A DNA stretch of 64,000 nt from Candidatus Latescibacterota bacterium (lineage in GTDB: Bacteria > Latescibacterota > UBA2968 > UBA8231), in assembly GCA_965261395.1 (NCBI GenBank), contig OZ253462.1, positions 3,680,001-3,744,000 of the forward strand, read 5' to 3'. The notes beneath the pieces were generated by a model. It worked only from the letters and a program-made list of their open reading frames with translations, was not told the origin of the DNA and searched no databases. This document shows positions 9,716 through 19,153 of the stretch, piece by piece. A program made the translations under genes and the position numbers. Every line of letters begins with the position of its first letter. The stretch's first letter is position 1.

Positions 9716-11656
9716 TCAGAAATTGAAGATCATGTTGCCCTCGACGCCGTAGGCCCCGTCGATAAAGAGCCACAGGCAGACCGTGGTGAATTCGCCGAGG
9801 ATCAGCCCCAAAAAGAACGGCATCAGGGCGCGGTAGGCGCGCACCCCGCCGTAGCGCAGGATGGTCGCCTTGCAGAGCCAGGCCAGAAAGATGGACAACC
9901 AGCCATAGTAAACGATGGTAAAAGTAGAGGCGATGGGGAAACCCAAAGGATGCAGGGGCCACCACGCCAAGCGATGGCGCAAAAAGAGCAGGGCCGCCAT
10001 GACAAAACTCCCACTGGCGGTGAAGGCGAGGCGCGGGGCAAACGACGGCTCGGGCGCGTTGTACACCGAGGCCATATAGGTAAAGGGCCAGCGCGGCGCG
10101 CCGCTAAAGTACCAGCCGTGCAGGTTGATGCCGCCATAGGTATAGGCCAAGGTCATGGTAAACCAGATCGAGCCGAACAGCCCCACGGCGATGGCGGCAA
10201 ACAGCGCTCCAAGCAGCCAGCGCGGCGCGGGCGAGTCGCCGGAGGTGAGCTTGAGGCTGTGCATGACGGCGTTCATCATGTTGGCGGCGGTCTCGCCCAT
10301 CCACACCGCGCTCAGGCCCAAGCCGGTCATATTGCCAAGGCCGAGGGTCTCGGGGCCAATGCCTCGGGTGATGAAAGCCTGTGGGGCCATCGGCGTCTGG
10401 CAGCCGGGGATCCCGGCCTCGCAGACGATGCGCGACAGACCGATAAAGACGATGAGTGCCCCTGCCACCAGCAGCACCGCCGCGTACAGGGAGAGGCCGG
10501 TGAGGGTCAGCCAAGCCACCATGAACGCCACGCCAACTGCTAGGCCGCCAAAGGCCGTGCGCGGGGCCATGAGTTCGCCGGGGGCTGGCTCGCCTTTTAA
10601 CGCCTGGCTCCACAGGCGGCGCAGATGAGTGCGGGCGGTCCACATCACGAAGAGGGTCAGCACCAAGAGGCCGCCAGCCTGCTGATGGGAGACGGGGACC
10701 GAGCCGCCGCCCGAGGTCCAGATATCGCCCCCGCCGATTACGAGGCCGATGCGGGCGAAGACGACTTTTTCTAGGGTGTAGAACAAAAAGAAAAACCAGA
10801 TGCTGAAGGAGACGCTGAGCGCCATCAGGTAGGCTAAGCCCAAGATCGGCAGATTGACTCGCCAGGGTAGGCCGACGCTGCCTTGGAGCAGTGACAGGTT
10901 GCCGGCTAGGGCGATGGGCTGGAAGGCGTCGTGGTAGTAGTTGAGCGAGTTCCACGAGTGGATGAGGAGCGGTACGGCAAAGCCCAGCCACAGCAGGCGG
11001 TTCTTGAACAGGCCGCCGAGGGGGGACGCGGAGTCCGCGCCTTCGAGCATGGCCAAGGGCAAGCGGGTGAGGGGGAAGACGAGGCGCTCGTTGGCGACCC
11101 ACTGGCCTCTGAGCAACACGCCGAGGCAAAAGAGGACCCAGTAGAAGGCGAAGATAAAGCATATCCAGGCAGCTAACGGGCGGCTCCAGGCGGCCCACGG
11201 TATGGCGCTGCCTTGGGGCAGCCCTTCGTAGAACAAGCGCACGGCTTCGGTATCGGTGGGTGCCAGATAGGGGTGGATATACTCGACGAAGAGTTCCTGC
11301 CAGGCATTTTCCGGGGTGGCGTAGTACGCAGCTCCGGTGATGACCGACAGGAAGCTGCCGGTGAAGCCGGTGGTGACTACCACCGCGCCGACCAGCATCA
11401 TGGCGTACACGGCGATGAGTTCGGCGCGGGAAAAGGCCCACGCGCGGCCCAGCATCTTGAGCAGGGGCAGGACCGCGGTTGTCAGCAGAAAGAGGAAGAG
11501 GACGGCGATTAGGGGGATGGCATTGCTGGTGATCTGCGATCCCTTGACTATGAGGATTCCCCAAGGGCTTAGCACACTGATCGCTCCCACGAGGAGCAAA
11601 CCCGTGAGGACGGCGCGCAGGGAGAAGGCGGGCGGTTGGGGTGAAAAGGGAGGCAT
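9716..11656 (-). CDS. DUF6785/DUF6784-type polytopic membrane protein, paralog 2
   Basis: 646 aa; YYATPENAW, ERLVFPL, WWPLHPLGF, LRYGG..Y..PFFLG. Confidence 0.75.
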   Translation of the reverse strand: MPPFSPQPPAFSLRAVLTGLLLVGAISVLSPWGILIVKGSQITSNAIPLIAVLFLFLLTTAVLPLLKMLGRAWAFSRAELIAVYAMMLVGAVVVTTGFTGSFLSVITGAAYYATPENAWQELFVEYIHPYLAPTDTEAVRLFYEGLPQGSAIPWAAWSRPLAAWICFIFAFYWVLFCLGVLLRGQWVANERLVFPLTRLPLAMLEGADSASPLGGLFKNRLLWLGFAVPLLIHSWNSLNYYHDAFQPIALAGNLSLLQGSVGLPWRVNLPILGLAYLMALSVSFSIWFFFLFYTLEKVVFARIGLVIGGGDIWTSGGGSVPVSHQQAGGLLVLTLFVMWTARTHLRRLWSQALKGEPAPGELMAPRTAFGGLAVGVAFMVAWLTLTGLSLYAAVLLVAGALIVFIGLSRIVCEAGIPGCQTPMAPQAFITRGIGPETLGLGNMTGLGLSAVWMGETAANMMNAVMHSLKLTSGDSPAPRWLLGALFAAIAVGLFGSIWFTMTLAYTYGGINLHGWYFSGAPRWPFTYMASVYNAPEPSFAPRLAFTASGSFVMAALLFLRHRLAWWPLHPLGFPIASTFTIVYYGWLSIFLAWLCKATILRYGGVRAYRALMPFFLGLILGEFTTVCLWLFIDGAYGVEGNMIFNF

Positions 11657-11694
11657 GGATTGAGAGAATATAAAACGCGGAGGGCGTTGCGTCA

Positions 11695-13692
11695 GTGCTG
11701 ACTCGTAGGATGGTGTGGAGTATAGGCGCGGTTGCGTGGTTGGGCTGCACTCCGGTCGAAACGGATCGCCCGCCCACGGCTACCGATGGCCAGCGCGCGG
11801 TGCCGGCGGGCGACATCCCGCGCAGCGCGTGGCCAGAGGCTTGGTTCCGGCCGCCAGCCACGGCTGCGGCGGTGGGATTGCAGACCTTCCGCCAATCGCC
11901 TGTACTCGATGAATTGGTGGCTGCCGGTGAATTGCCGCCGGTCGCCGAGCGCCTGCCCGACGACCCAGTGGTAGTCGAACCTTTCGGCGAGATTGGCCGC
12001 TACGGGGGCACGGCCCGGCTGTTCTTAGCTGGTGAGAGCCTGATCAACGTGCCCGAGGGGGTGCTGCGTCCGGGGCCGCAAATGCGGTTGAATCTGCCGA
12101 ATTTTGCGGCAAAGGCCGAATACCTCAACGGCGCGCGGACCTTGCGGATCACCCTGCGTCCCGGCCACAAGTGGTCCGACGGCCATCCCGTAACGGCCGA
12201 CGACTACGCGTTCTGGTTCGACCACGTGCTGATGAACGAGGAGCTCACGCCGGTGGTGGAGCCTCGGTTTAAGGGCGCGCGGATCGAAAAGCACGATGCG
12301 CATAGTTTTAGCTATCACTTTCCCCAGCCGATGCCGCTGTTTGTCAATCACCTCGCCCACAATAGTTCGCGCTTGGCAGCGCCAGCGCACTTCATGCGCC
12401 GCTACCACCCGGCGTTTACCGATCCCGCGCAATTGGAGCGCGAGGCCGAAGAGCTGGGTTTGCAGGACTGGCTCACCTATTTTGGGGCCGTCAACAGCAC
12501 GACCGATCTGATCCCCTTCAACCGCCCCGTGCTGACGGCGTACGTGCTAGTCAGCCGGACTTCGACGCGCGCGCTGCTGCGCCGCAACCCCTACTACTTC
12601 AAGGTAGATCCCGAGGGCAACCAATTGCCCTATATCGACTATCTGGAGGTGCAGCGGGTCGATAGCCCTGAGATCATGGCGGCCAAAGCCTCGACCGGGC
12701 AGATTGACTTCGCCGGACGGCAGTTTATGACGGCTGATATTCCGCTGTTTAAGCGCTTTGAGCAGCACAATGACTATTCCACGTACGTCTGGCCGCGGCC
12801 CTACGGCTCGGATGTGGTGTTGCAGTTCAATTTGAATCATCCCGACGAGGGGCTGCGGCGGATTTTCCAAGACGTGCGCTTCCGGCGAGCCATGTCGCTG
12901 GCCATCAATCGGGAGGAGATCAACGACATCGTTTACTTCGGCCACGGGGTGCCGCGCCAGCTCACGGTGGTACCTGCGAGTCGCTACTTCGAGCCAGAAT
13001 TTGCCACGGCGTGGGCGCAGTTTGACCCGGCGCGGGCGGGTGCCCTATTCGACGAGATGGGGCTTGTCGATCGCGATGGGGACGGCAGGCGCGAGCGGCT
13101 CGACGGCGACCCTTTACAAATCACCTTGGAGTACATGATTGGCGAGACGCCCAAGCAGGTCACCTTGGATTTGGTCACGGCCCACTGGCGCGAAGCGGGG
13201 GTACACGTCAATCTCAAACAGATCAGCGGCAGTTTGCAGTGGATCCGCGCTAGGGCTGGCTTGATGGACATGACCATCTGGCACGCCGACCGCAACACGG
13301 ACATCCTCTTTCCCATTGAGCCTTATTGGTACGTGCCGACCAATGGCGGCTGGGAGCAAAGCCAGTGGTCCAAGTGGACGCGGTGGTATTTTTCCGACGG
13401 CGCGCTCGGGTGGGAGCCGCCGGCGCAGATCAAGGAACTGATCGGCTGGTGGGAGACGCTGCGCCGCACCACGGACGAGGAGGAGCGCATCGCAATGGGC
13501 AAGAAGATTCTCCGCAGCCAAGCCGAGAACCTGTGGGCACTCGGCGTCATTGGCTTGGGGCCGCATCCGGTCGTGGTCAGCCACAAGCTGCGCAATGTGC
13601 CGCCCCAGGGCTATTGGGGTTGGGATTCGCGCTGGACGTGGCCGTACTATCCAGAGACTTGGTATTTGGAGGAGGAGCAGATTGCAAGGTAA
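11695..13692 (+). CDS. ABC-type solute-binding lipoprotein, family 5
   Basis: Lipobox WLGC; GELPPVAERLP, KWSDGHPVTADD, NPYYFKVDPEGNQLPYID, FRRAMSLAINREEI. Confidence 0.9.
   Translation: MLTRRMVWSIGAVAWLGCTPVETDRPPTATDGQRAVPAGDIPRSAWPEAWFRPPATAAAVGLQTFRQSPVLDELVAAGELPPVAERLPDDPVVVEPFGEIGRYGGTARLFLAGESLINVPEGVLRPGPQMRLNLPNFAAKAEYLNGARTLRITLRPGHKWSDGHPVTADDYAFWFDHVLMNEELTPVVEPRFKGARIEKHDAHSFSYHFPQPMPLFVNHLAHNSSRLAAPAHFMRRYHPAFTDPAQLEREAEELGLQDWLTYFGAVNSTTDLIPFNRPVLTAYVLVSRTSTRALLRRNPYYFKVDPEGNQLPYIDYLEVQRVDSPEIMAAKASTGQIDFAGRQFMTADIPLFKRFEQHNDYSTYVWPRPYGSDVVLQFNLNHPDEGLRRIFQDVRFRRAMSLAINREEINDIVYFGHGVPRQLTVVPASRYFEPEFATAWAQFDPARAGALFDEMGLVDRDGDGRRERLDGDPLQITLEYMIGETPKQVTLDLVTAHWREAGVHVNLKQISGSLQWIRARAGLMDMTIWHADRNTDILFPIEPYWYVPTNGGWEQSQWSKWTRWYFSDGALGWEPPAQIKELIGWWETLRRTTDEEERIAMGKKILRSQAENLWALGVIGLGPHPVVVSHKLRNVPPQGYWGWDSRWTWPYYPETWYLEEEQIAR
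13444..13670 (+). repeat. 227-bp direct repeat, copy 1 (3' end of the SBP gene)
   Basis: Aligns with 17412-17638; 8 mismatches counted by eye. Confidence 0.95.
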
Positions 13693-14749
13693 TTGTCCGG
13701 TCTTGTTCTTCAATCTTTATTAACCGCTGGTAGGGTTAGGTCCCTAAAAGCAAACTTCAACTAAAGGAGCGAATTCCAAATGAAAAAGGCTGTGGTGTTT
13801 CTCGTCGGTCTATTGTGGAGCAGTGCGGCGTCTACGGAGCCGATGGTCTCTGGACAGGTGCGGCTGGCCGATGGGCGGCCAGTGGATGGGGCAGAGGTGA
13901 TGTTGTTTGAGCTCGCTGATTTGCGTCGGGGCATCGTGGTGCGGGCGGCGACGGATGCGGCCGGGTATTTCTCGCTGCCGTTGGCGTCGTTGGGCGGGGA
14001 GGCATTGCCGCAGGGGTTTATGTTGGGACAGAACTATCCCAACCCGTTCAACCCTTCGACGATGATTACGTATCAGCTTCCTACGGCTACTCAGGTGCGG
14101 CTGGAGGTGTTCAACGTGTTGGGACAGCATATTGCGACGTTGGTGGACGAGGAGCGGTCAGCCGGTTTTCACGCGGCGCGGTGGGACGCGACCGATGAGA
14201 CAGGACGGGCAGTGGCGGCCGGGGTGTATTTCTATCGACTACGCGGTGAGGGAGTGGAATTGACACGGCGGATGGTGCTCATTGACGGGCAAGCGGGGAT
14301 CGCGGCAGCGGCTTCCTCGGCGGCGACGATGACGCCTACAGTAGCGGAGGAGCGGGAGTATGGTCTTGTCGTTTCGGGCACGGGCTTGGCAACTTATGTG
14401 GATGCGGCGTTTGGGGTACGGGCGGGGATGGAGCCGGTGGAATTGGTGGTAGAAGCGGCGGAACTGCTGCCGCGAGGCAAGGCGTTGGCCTGCGGCATTT
14501 TGGGCGACGTAAACAACGATGGGCAGGTGGATGCCAACGACGCGCTGATCGTATTGATGTACAGCCTCGATTCGTCTATTGCGTTATCCAACGGCAATAT
14601 GAACTGGGGCGATGTCAATGCCGATGGGCAGGTCAACTTGGCCGACGCGCTAGCAATTGTGGGATATGTGGCGAATCCGTTGGACGAGTCCCTGCCAGCG
14701 GGAATCGGGCGAGCGGCGGGCAGCGGGAGTTGGGTGGCCGGGCCGATAC

Positions 14750-15930
14750 GCCGACTGACCAACAACAGTGCATTGGATCAGACTCCCGCTTGGTCCCCTG
14801 ATGGACAAAAAATCGCTTTCGCGTCCGATCGCGATGGCAACAAAGAGATTTACGTGATGGACGCCAATGGAGCTAACCCACGCCGCCTGACTTTCAACAG
14901 TACAGACGACTATTCTCCTGCTTGGTCCCCTGATGGACAAAAAATCGCTTTCGCGTCTGAGCGCGATGGTAATGTGGAGATTTACGTGATGGATACCGAT
15001 GGGGCGAATCCCCGCCGGCTAACCAGCAACAGCGAAAACGACTATCGTCCTGCTTGGTCCCCTGATGGACAAAAAATCGCCTTCATGTCTTATCGCGACG
15101 GCAACGAAGAGATTTACGTGATGGATACCGATGGAGCGAATCCCCGCCGGCTAACCAGCAACAGCGAAAACGACGGCCATCCTACTTGGTCCCCTGACGG
15201 ACGAAAAATCGCTTTCTCGTCTGAGCGTGATGGTAATGGAGATATTTACATGATGGACGCTGATGGATCAAATCTACGCCGCCTGACCTACAACAGTGAA
15301 TACAACTATCGTCCTGCTTGGTCCCCCGACGGACAAAAAATCGCCTTCATGTCTTATCGCGACGGCAATTGGGAGGTTTATGTGATGGATGCCAATGGCT
15401 CCAACCCACGCCGCCTGACCTACAACAGTGAATACGACGGCCATCCCACTTGGTCCCCTGACGGACGGTATATCATCTTCACATCCGAGCACGACAGTAA
15501 TGCAGATGTTTACGTGATGGATACGCAAGGTCCTAACCCACGCCGCCTGACCAGCAACAGCGAAAACGACGGCCATCCCGCTTGGTCGCCCGACGGACGG
15601 TATATCGCCTTCGCGTCCGATCGCGACGGCAATGCCGATATTTACGTAATGGACGCCGATGGATCGAATCTACGTCAGCTAACCAGTAACAGTAGTGACG
15701 ACATAGATCCTGCGTGGTCGCCTGATGGCCGATACATCGCCTTCGCATCCGAGGGCGGTATTGATACAGAGATTTACGTCATGGAGGCCGATGGATCGAA
15801 CCTGCGCCGCCTAACCAATAACAGTAGAGACGACAGGACTCCTGCTTGGTCGCCTAATGGACGATATATCGCCTTCACCTCCCAGAGCCGCAACAATTGG
15901 GATATTTACTGGATAGAGGCCGGTGGAGCG
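14750..15930 (+). repeat. Tandem 132-bp (44-aa) TolB/PD40 coding repeats (9 units before the IS, 3 more at ~17045-17380)
   Basis: Recurring RRLT.NS..D..P.WSPDG..IAF.S.RDGN.EIYVMD unit. Confidence 0.9.
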
Positions 15931-15936
15931 AACCTA

Positions 15937-17022
15937 TTGAGTCCTGCAAATATAAAGGAATGTTTTACAGTTTAAGTTGTGCATACTTGAAGAAGCCTCG
16001 AATCAGGTCGTTATCGTGATGCTGGGCGGTGATTGACATGCAGACCGCATCTGCTACGTCGTCGATGTGGTCTGGAATGAAGTTGGCTAGATCGCCATAC
16101 TTAGTATGATTCCAGACCTGTTCAGCCGGATTCAATTCGGGTGCATAGGCGGGCAACCATTCGATGGTGAGTCGATCCGGATACCTTTTGTGCAATACCG
16201 CCACCGCGGCGCGATGGACACTCCACCGATCCAAAATGAGCACGACCTTGCGTCGTATCATACGCAGCAGATGACCGACAAAGGATACCACATCCTGCCG
16301 GTCGATATTATGCTCATACATTCGGAAATAAACGCCCAACCGCTGGCGCCGAGGCGGCAAGGTAACGGCGGCCTGAACCGACAAGCGATCGTGGCGATCC
16401 CACACCTTGTGTATGGGCGTGTGACCCGACAAAGCCCACGTCCTACGACGGGTGGGTTGCAGCATGAAGCCGCTCTGATCCATCAAGGCGATGGTCGCCC
16501 CCTGGTGCCGGGCTTTTTTTTAATCCGCGGCCACTCCACTAAGCGCCATTGGCGGATGGCCTCCTCCTCCCGTTCGCGCGCCCGGTGCTGGGGATACTGG
16601 CATGAAAAACCCAACCCATGCAGCAGACGACCCACGTGATCGGGATGATAGGACACCCCAAACGTTTGGGCCATCACCTGCGCGACACGCCGACAGGTCC
16701 ACAGCGCGCTATCAAAGCCAGCCGCCTGGGGACCTTGGAGTAGAAGCTGTTTCAACTGATCCTTGTCTTGGGGACTCAACTGACAGCCCCGACCCGGATG
16801 CGGTTTGGCTTTGAGTCCCGCCTCGCCGGCTTGCGCTTTCATCGACTTCCAACGAGACACCGAGGAAGGGGAGACTTGGACCAGACGAGCTACTTCGTTG
16901 ACGCCTTTGCCGGCATCAAGCAACTGAGCCGCCCATTGACGACGATATTCCAGCCGATCGGCACTACCTTTAGGTCTCATATAAATGAATATAAACTATT
17001 CCTTTAAAAATGCAGAGGTCAA
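15937..17022 (-). mobile_element. IS630-family insertion sequence, copy 1 (1086 bp)
   Basis: Imperfect 25-bp TIRs (19/25), flanking TA duplication, split transposase ORFs; matches 34362-35447. Confidence 0.95.
15965..16980 (-). CDS. IS630 transposase (orfA HTH 16483-16980 + orfB DDE 15965-16486, joined by -1 frameshift)
   Basis: Winged-HTH orfA; DQSGF / LILDRWSVH / PELNPAEQVW DDE motifs; A8G run at the junction. Confidence 0.9.
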
Positions 17023-17411
17023 TAAGTGAAATAATCAACAACGGTGCGTATCCCGCTTGGGCACCCGACGGACAGTTCGCCTTTATGTCTAATCACGACG
17101 GTGATTGGGATATTTACGTGTTAGATGAGGATGGACCGAACCGGCGGACCTACAACAGTGAATACGACGGCTACCCCACTTGGTCGCCGGACGGACGGTA
17201 TATCGCCTTCATGTCCGAGCGCGACGGCAACGAAGAGATTTACGTCATGGATGCTGATGGATCGAATCTGCGAAACCTGACCAACAACAGTGCGGACGAC
17301 GCTAATCCCGCGTGGTCCCCTGATGGACGAAGAATCGCCTTCATGTCCGAGCGCGATGGCAACGAAGAGATTTACGTCATGGAGCTTCAGGTGGGAGGCT
17401 GTCAGTAAAGT

Positions 17412-17657
17412 GGCTGGTGGGAGACGCTACGCCGCACCACGGACGAGGAGGAGCGCATCGCAATGGGCAAGAAAATCCTCCGCAGCCAAGCCGAGAACCT
17501 GTGGGCACTCGGCGTCATTGGCTTAGGACCGCATCCGGTCGTGGTCAGCCGCAAGCTGCGCAATGTGCCGCCTCAGGGCTATTGGGGTTGGGATTCGCGC
17601 TGGACGTGGCCCTACTATCCAGAGACTTGGTATTTGGACGAGGGAGTTGAAAAGTAG
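17412..17657 (+). pseudogene. Orphan duplicate of the SBP gene 3' end (direct repeat copy 2)
   Basis: Encodes GWWETLRRTTDEEERIAMGKK...YPETWYLDEGVEK*; no 5' part. Confidence 0.9.
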
Positions 17658-17685
17658 CCGCGAACCCCGTTTAGCGGCCTTTTTT
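17657..17685 (+). terminator. Probable rho-independent terminator
   Basis: GCCGC...GCGGC stem followed by a T run, directly after the duplicated 3' end. Confidence 0.6.
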
Positions 17686-17831
17686 ATACGACCACGAGCG
17701 CTCGGACATGCTCTTAGGAGGGCACTGCCCAGATAGTTGTCTTTTGCCGTTTTCTATTTTTATTATATTGTGCAAATGTTTAGCAATTATTAATAGCTGT
17801 TGAAAGGAGGTGAAGAGAAGCTGTTTTAGTA

Positions 17832-18015
17832 ACTGATGTTACGCAGTCTTATGCCGTGTCTGCCGCTTGCGGCCTGTGGCCCCTCACCCGGGGTCATTCC
17901 CGCGTACGCGGGAATCCAGCCTAACGCACGGGCCACAAACGGGTGTCTCTGGATGCCTGCTTTCGCAGGCATGACCGCCGATAGACCAAACGATCTTAAA
18001 GCGCGTAACGTCAGT
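17832..18015. mobile_element. MITE-like element carrying an internal palindromic repeat (RPE/dRS3-like)
   Basis: TA|ACTGATGTTACGC ... GCGTAACGTCAGT|TA terminal IR; internal GTCATTCCCGCGTACGCGGGAATCCA ... TGGATGCCTGCTTTCGCAGGCATGAC. Confidence 0.7.
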
Positions 18016-18087
18016 TAGGCATTAGAAGCTCATTTTTCGTTTTTTTGACGAATATTCAAACCACGAACCCATGAGGTGAATTGCATT

Positions 18088-19038
18088 ATGAAGAGAATTA
18101 TGAGCATCGCGAGTATTTTGGCCGTAGGCATCATGCTGCAGGCCAGCGCGGTATCGGCACACGTCGACATCGTTGGCATCGAATCCGGTACCCTGTTCCA
18201 GTTCCCTTCCGGTATGGAACCCACGCTGGATGGCGACTTGTCTGAATGGGATATCGTCCCTGAGGATTACTACGTGCCCTTTGAGTCCCACTTCGAATAC
18301 TATCTCGGGTTGGGCCACGAAAACGACGAGAGCAATCTGTCCTTCAGAGTAGTTGCCGGTTGGAGCCAGGGCACTAATCGCCTCTATTTCATGATGGAGC
18401 GCTTCGACAACTACTGGGATCGCAACGGCGTTGGTGCGGTCGCCGGCGGCGACGATAGCTGGGAGATTATGATTGACTCCGACCACGGCGGCGATCAGCA
18501 TTGGTACGCGGCCGCCGATTTCGAAAGCGAAGAGGAGCACCAGCGCAACCAAGGCCGCTTCGCACAAAACGCCCACTGCCGTTTTCCGCCGCTGGAGCCT
18601 TTCGGCTGGAAGTGGTGGTTCCAAAGCAAGTCGACTTGGCACGATGTCCCGCCGTGGGGCGATTACGGCTTCCAGCTAGATGGGGAGTCGAACGCCGGCG
18701 AAGTTACTGCCCGCATCGAGATCATGTCGGCCGCTTGGGATGATTTTCACTGGGTAGGCCCCGAAGAAAGCGAGCCGGAGCACACCTTCGTCGAAGGCAA
18801 TACTATCGGCCTCGGTTGGGTGGTCCACGATATGGACAACGCCGCCGAAGACAATTCCGGCAGCACTGGCGGCTGGGGCATCAACCCCAACATCCAGCTG
18901 TGGTTCGACTGCGGCAACTGCTCGGACTTCCTTCTCGCGCCGACTGACCCGCGCGTGGACTTCAGCCAAATGGAGACGGGGACGGCGGTCGAGGAAGAAA
19001 GCTGGGGTCGCATCAAGGCCGCTTATATTCAGCAGTAG
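18088..19038 (+). CDS. Secreted acidic protein (CBM9/DOMON-like fold suspected) with C-terminal TAVEEESWGRIK motif
   Basis: Signal peptide; PTLDGDLSEW, GW...NRLYF, DSWEIMID; homologous to the N-domain of 36950-38047. Confidence 0.65.
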   Translation: MKRIMSIASILAVGIMLQASAVSAHVDIVGIESGTLFQFPSGMEPTLDGDLSEWDIVPEDYYVPFESHFEYYLGLGHENDESNLSFRVVAGWSQGTNRLYFMMERFDNYWDRNGVGAVAGGDDSWEIMIDSDHGGDQHWYAAADFESEEEHQRNQGRFAQNAHCRFPPLEPFGWKWWFQSKSTWHDVPPWGDYGFQLDGESNAGEVTARIEIMSAAWDDFHWVGPEESEPEHTFVEGNTIGLGWVVHDMDNAAEDNSGSTGGWGINPNIQLWFDCGNCSDFLLAPTDPRVDFSQMETGTAVEEESWGRIKAAYIQQ

Positions 19039-19067
19039 CCCGATCCCAAGCCATTGGGAAACAGCAA

Positions 19068-19101
19068 CCAAAGGGGAGATGTAGCTACATCTCCCCTTTG
19101 G
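19068..19101. repeat. Perfect 34-bp palindrome (terminator / REP-like)
   Basis: CCAAAGGGGAGATGTAG|CTACATCTCCCCTTTGG. Confidence 0.8.
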
Positions 19102-19153
19102 ATTTATGCGCCGCTCTTTTAGACCCTCCGAAATCCCTTTGGGAGGTGTAGCC

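Larger units (their letters stand above)
13780..17408 (+). pseudogene. Secreted modular protein (FlgD/CTD-like Ig + dockerin-like + 12 TolB/PD40 repeats), interrupted by IS630
   Basis: Signal peptide; QNYPNPFNPST domain; two GDVN.DG.V repeats; PAWSPDG repeats. Removing 15937-17024 rejoins GGANL|SEIINNG in frame (~846 aa). Confidence 0.9.

Noticed and set aside
10104-11861. Long alternative-frame or antisense ORFs (also 7949-9289, 43950-45557, 44293-45720, 62472-63644, 28003-28998)
   Set aside because: Arg/Pro/Gly-rich shadow frames of well-supported genes in high-GC DNA, with no motifs
14750-15930. Regular repeats as a CRISPR array
   Set aside because: 132-bp in-frame coding repeats (TolB/PD40) with no repeat-spacer structure and no cas genes
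13444-17638. Diversity-generating retroelement TR/VR pair or prophage att sites
   Set aside because: Mismatches are mostly synonymous and not confined to adenines of one copy; no reverse transcriptase, integrase or phage genes
17836-18018. 60-aa ORF containing VIPAYAGIQ as a real gene
   Set aside because: It is the translation of the palindromic MITE-like repeat
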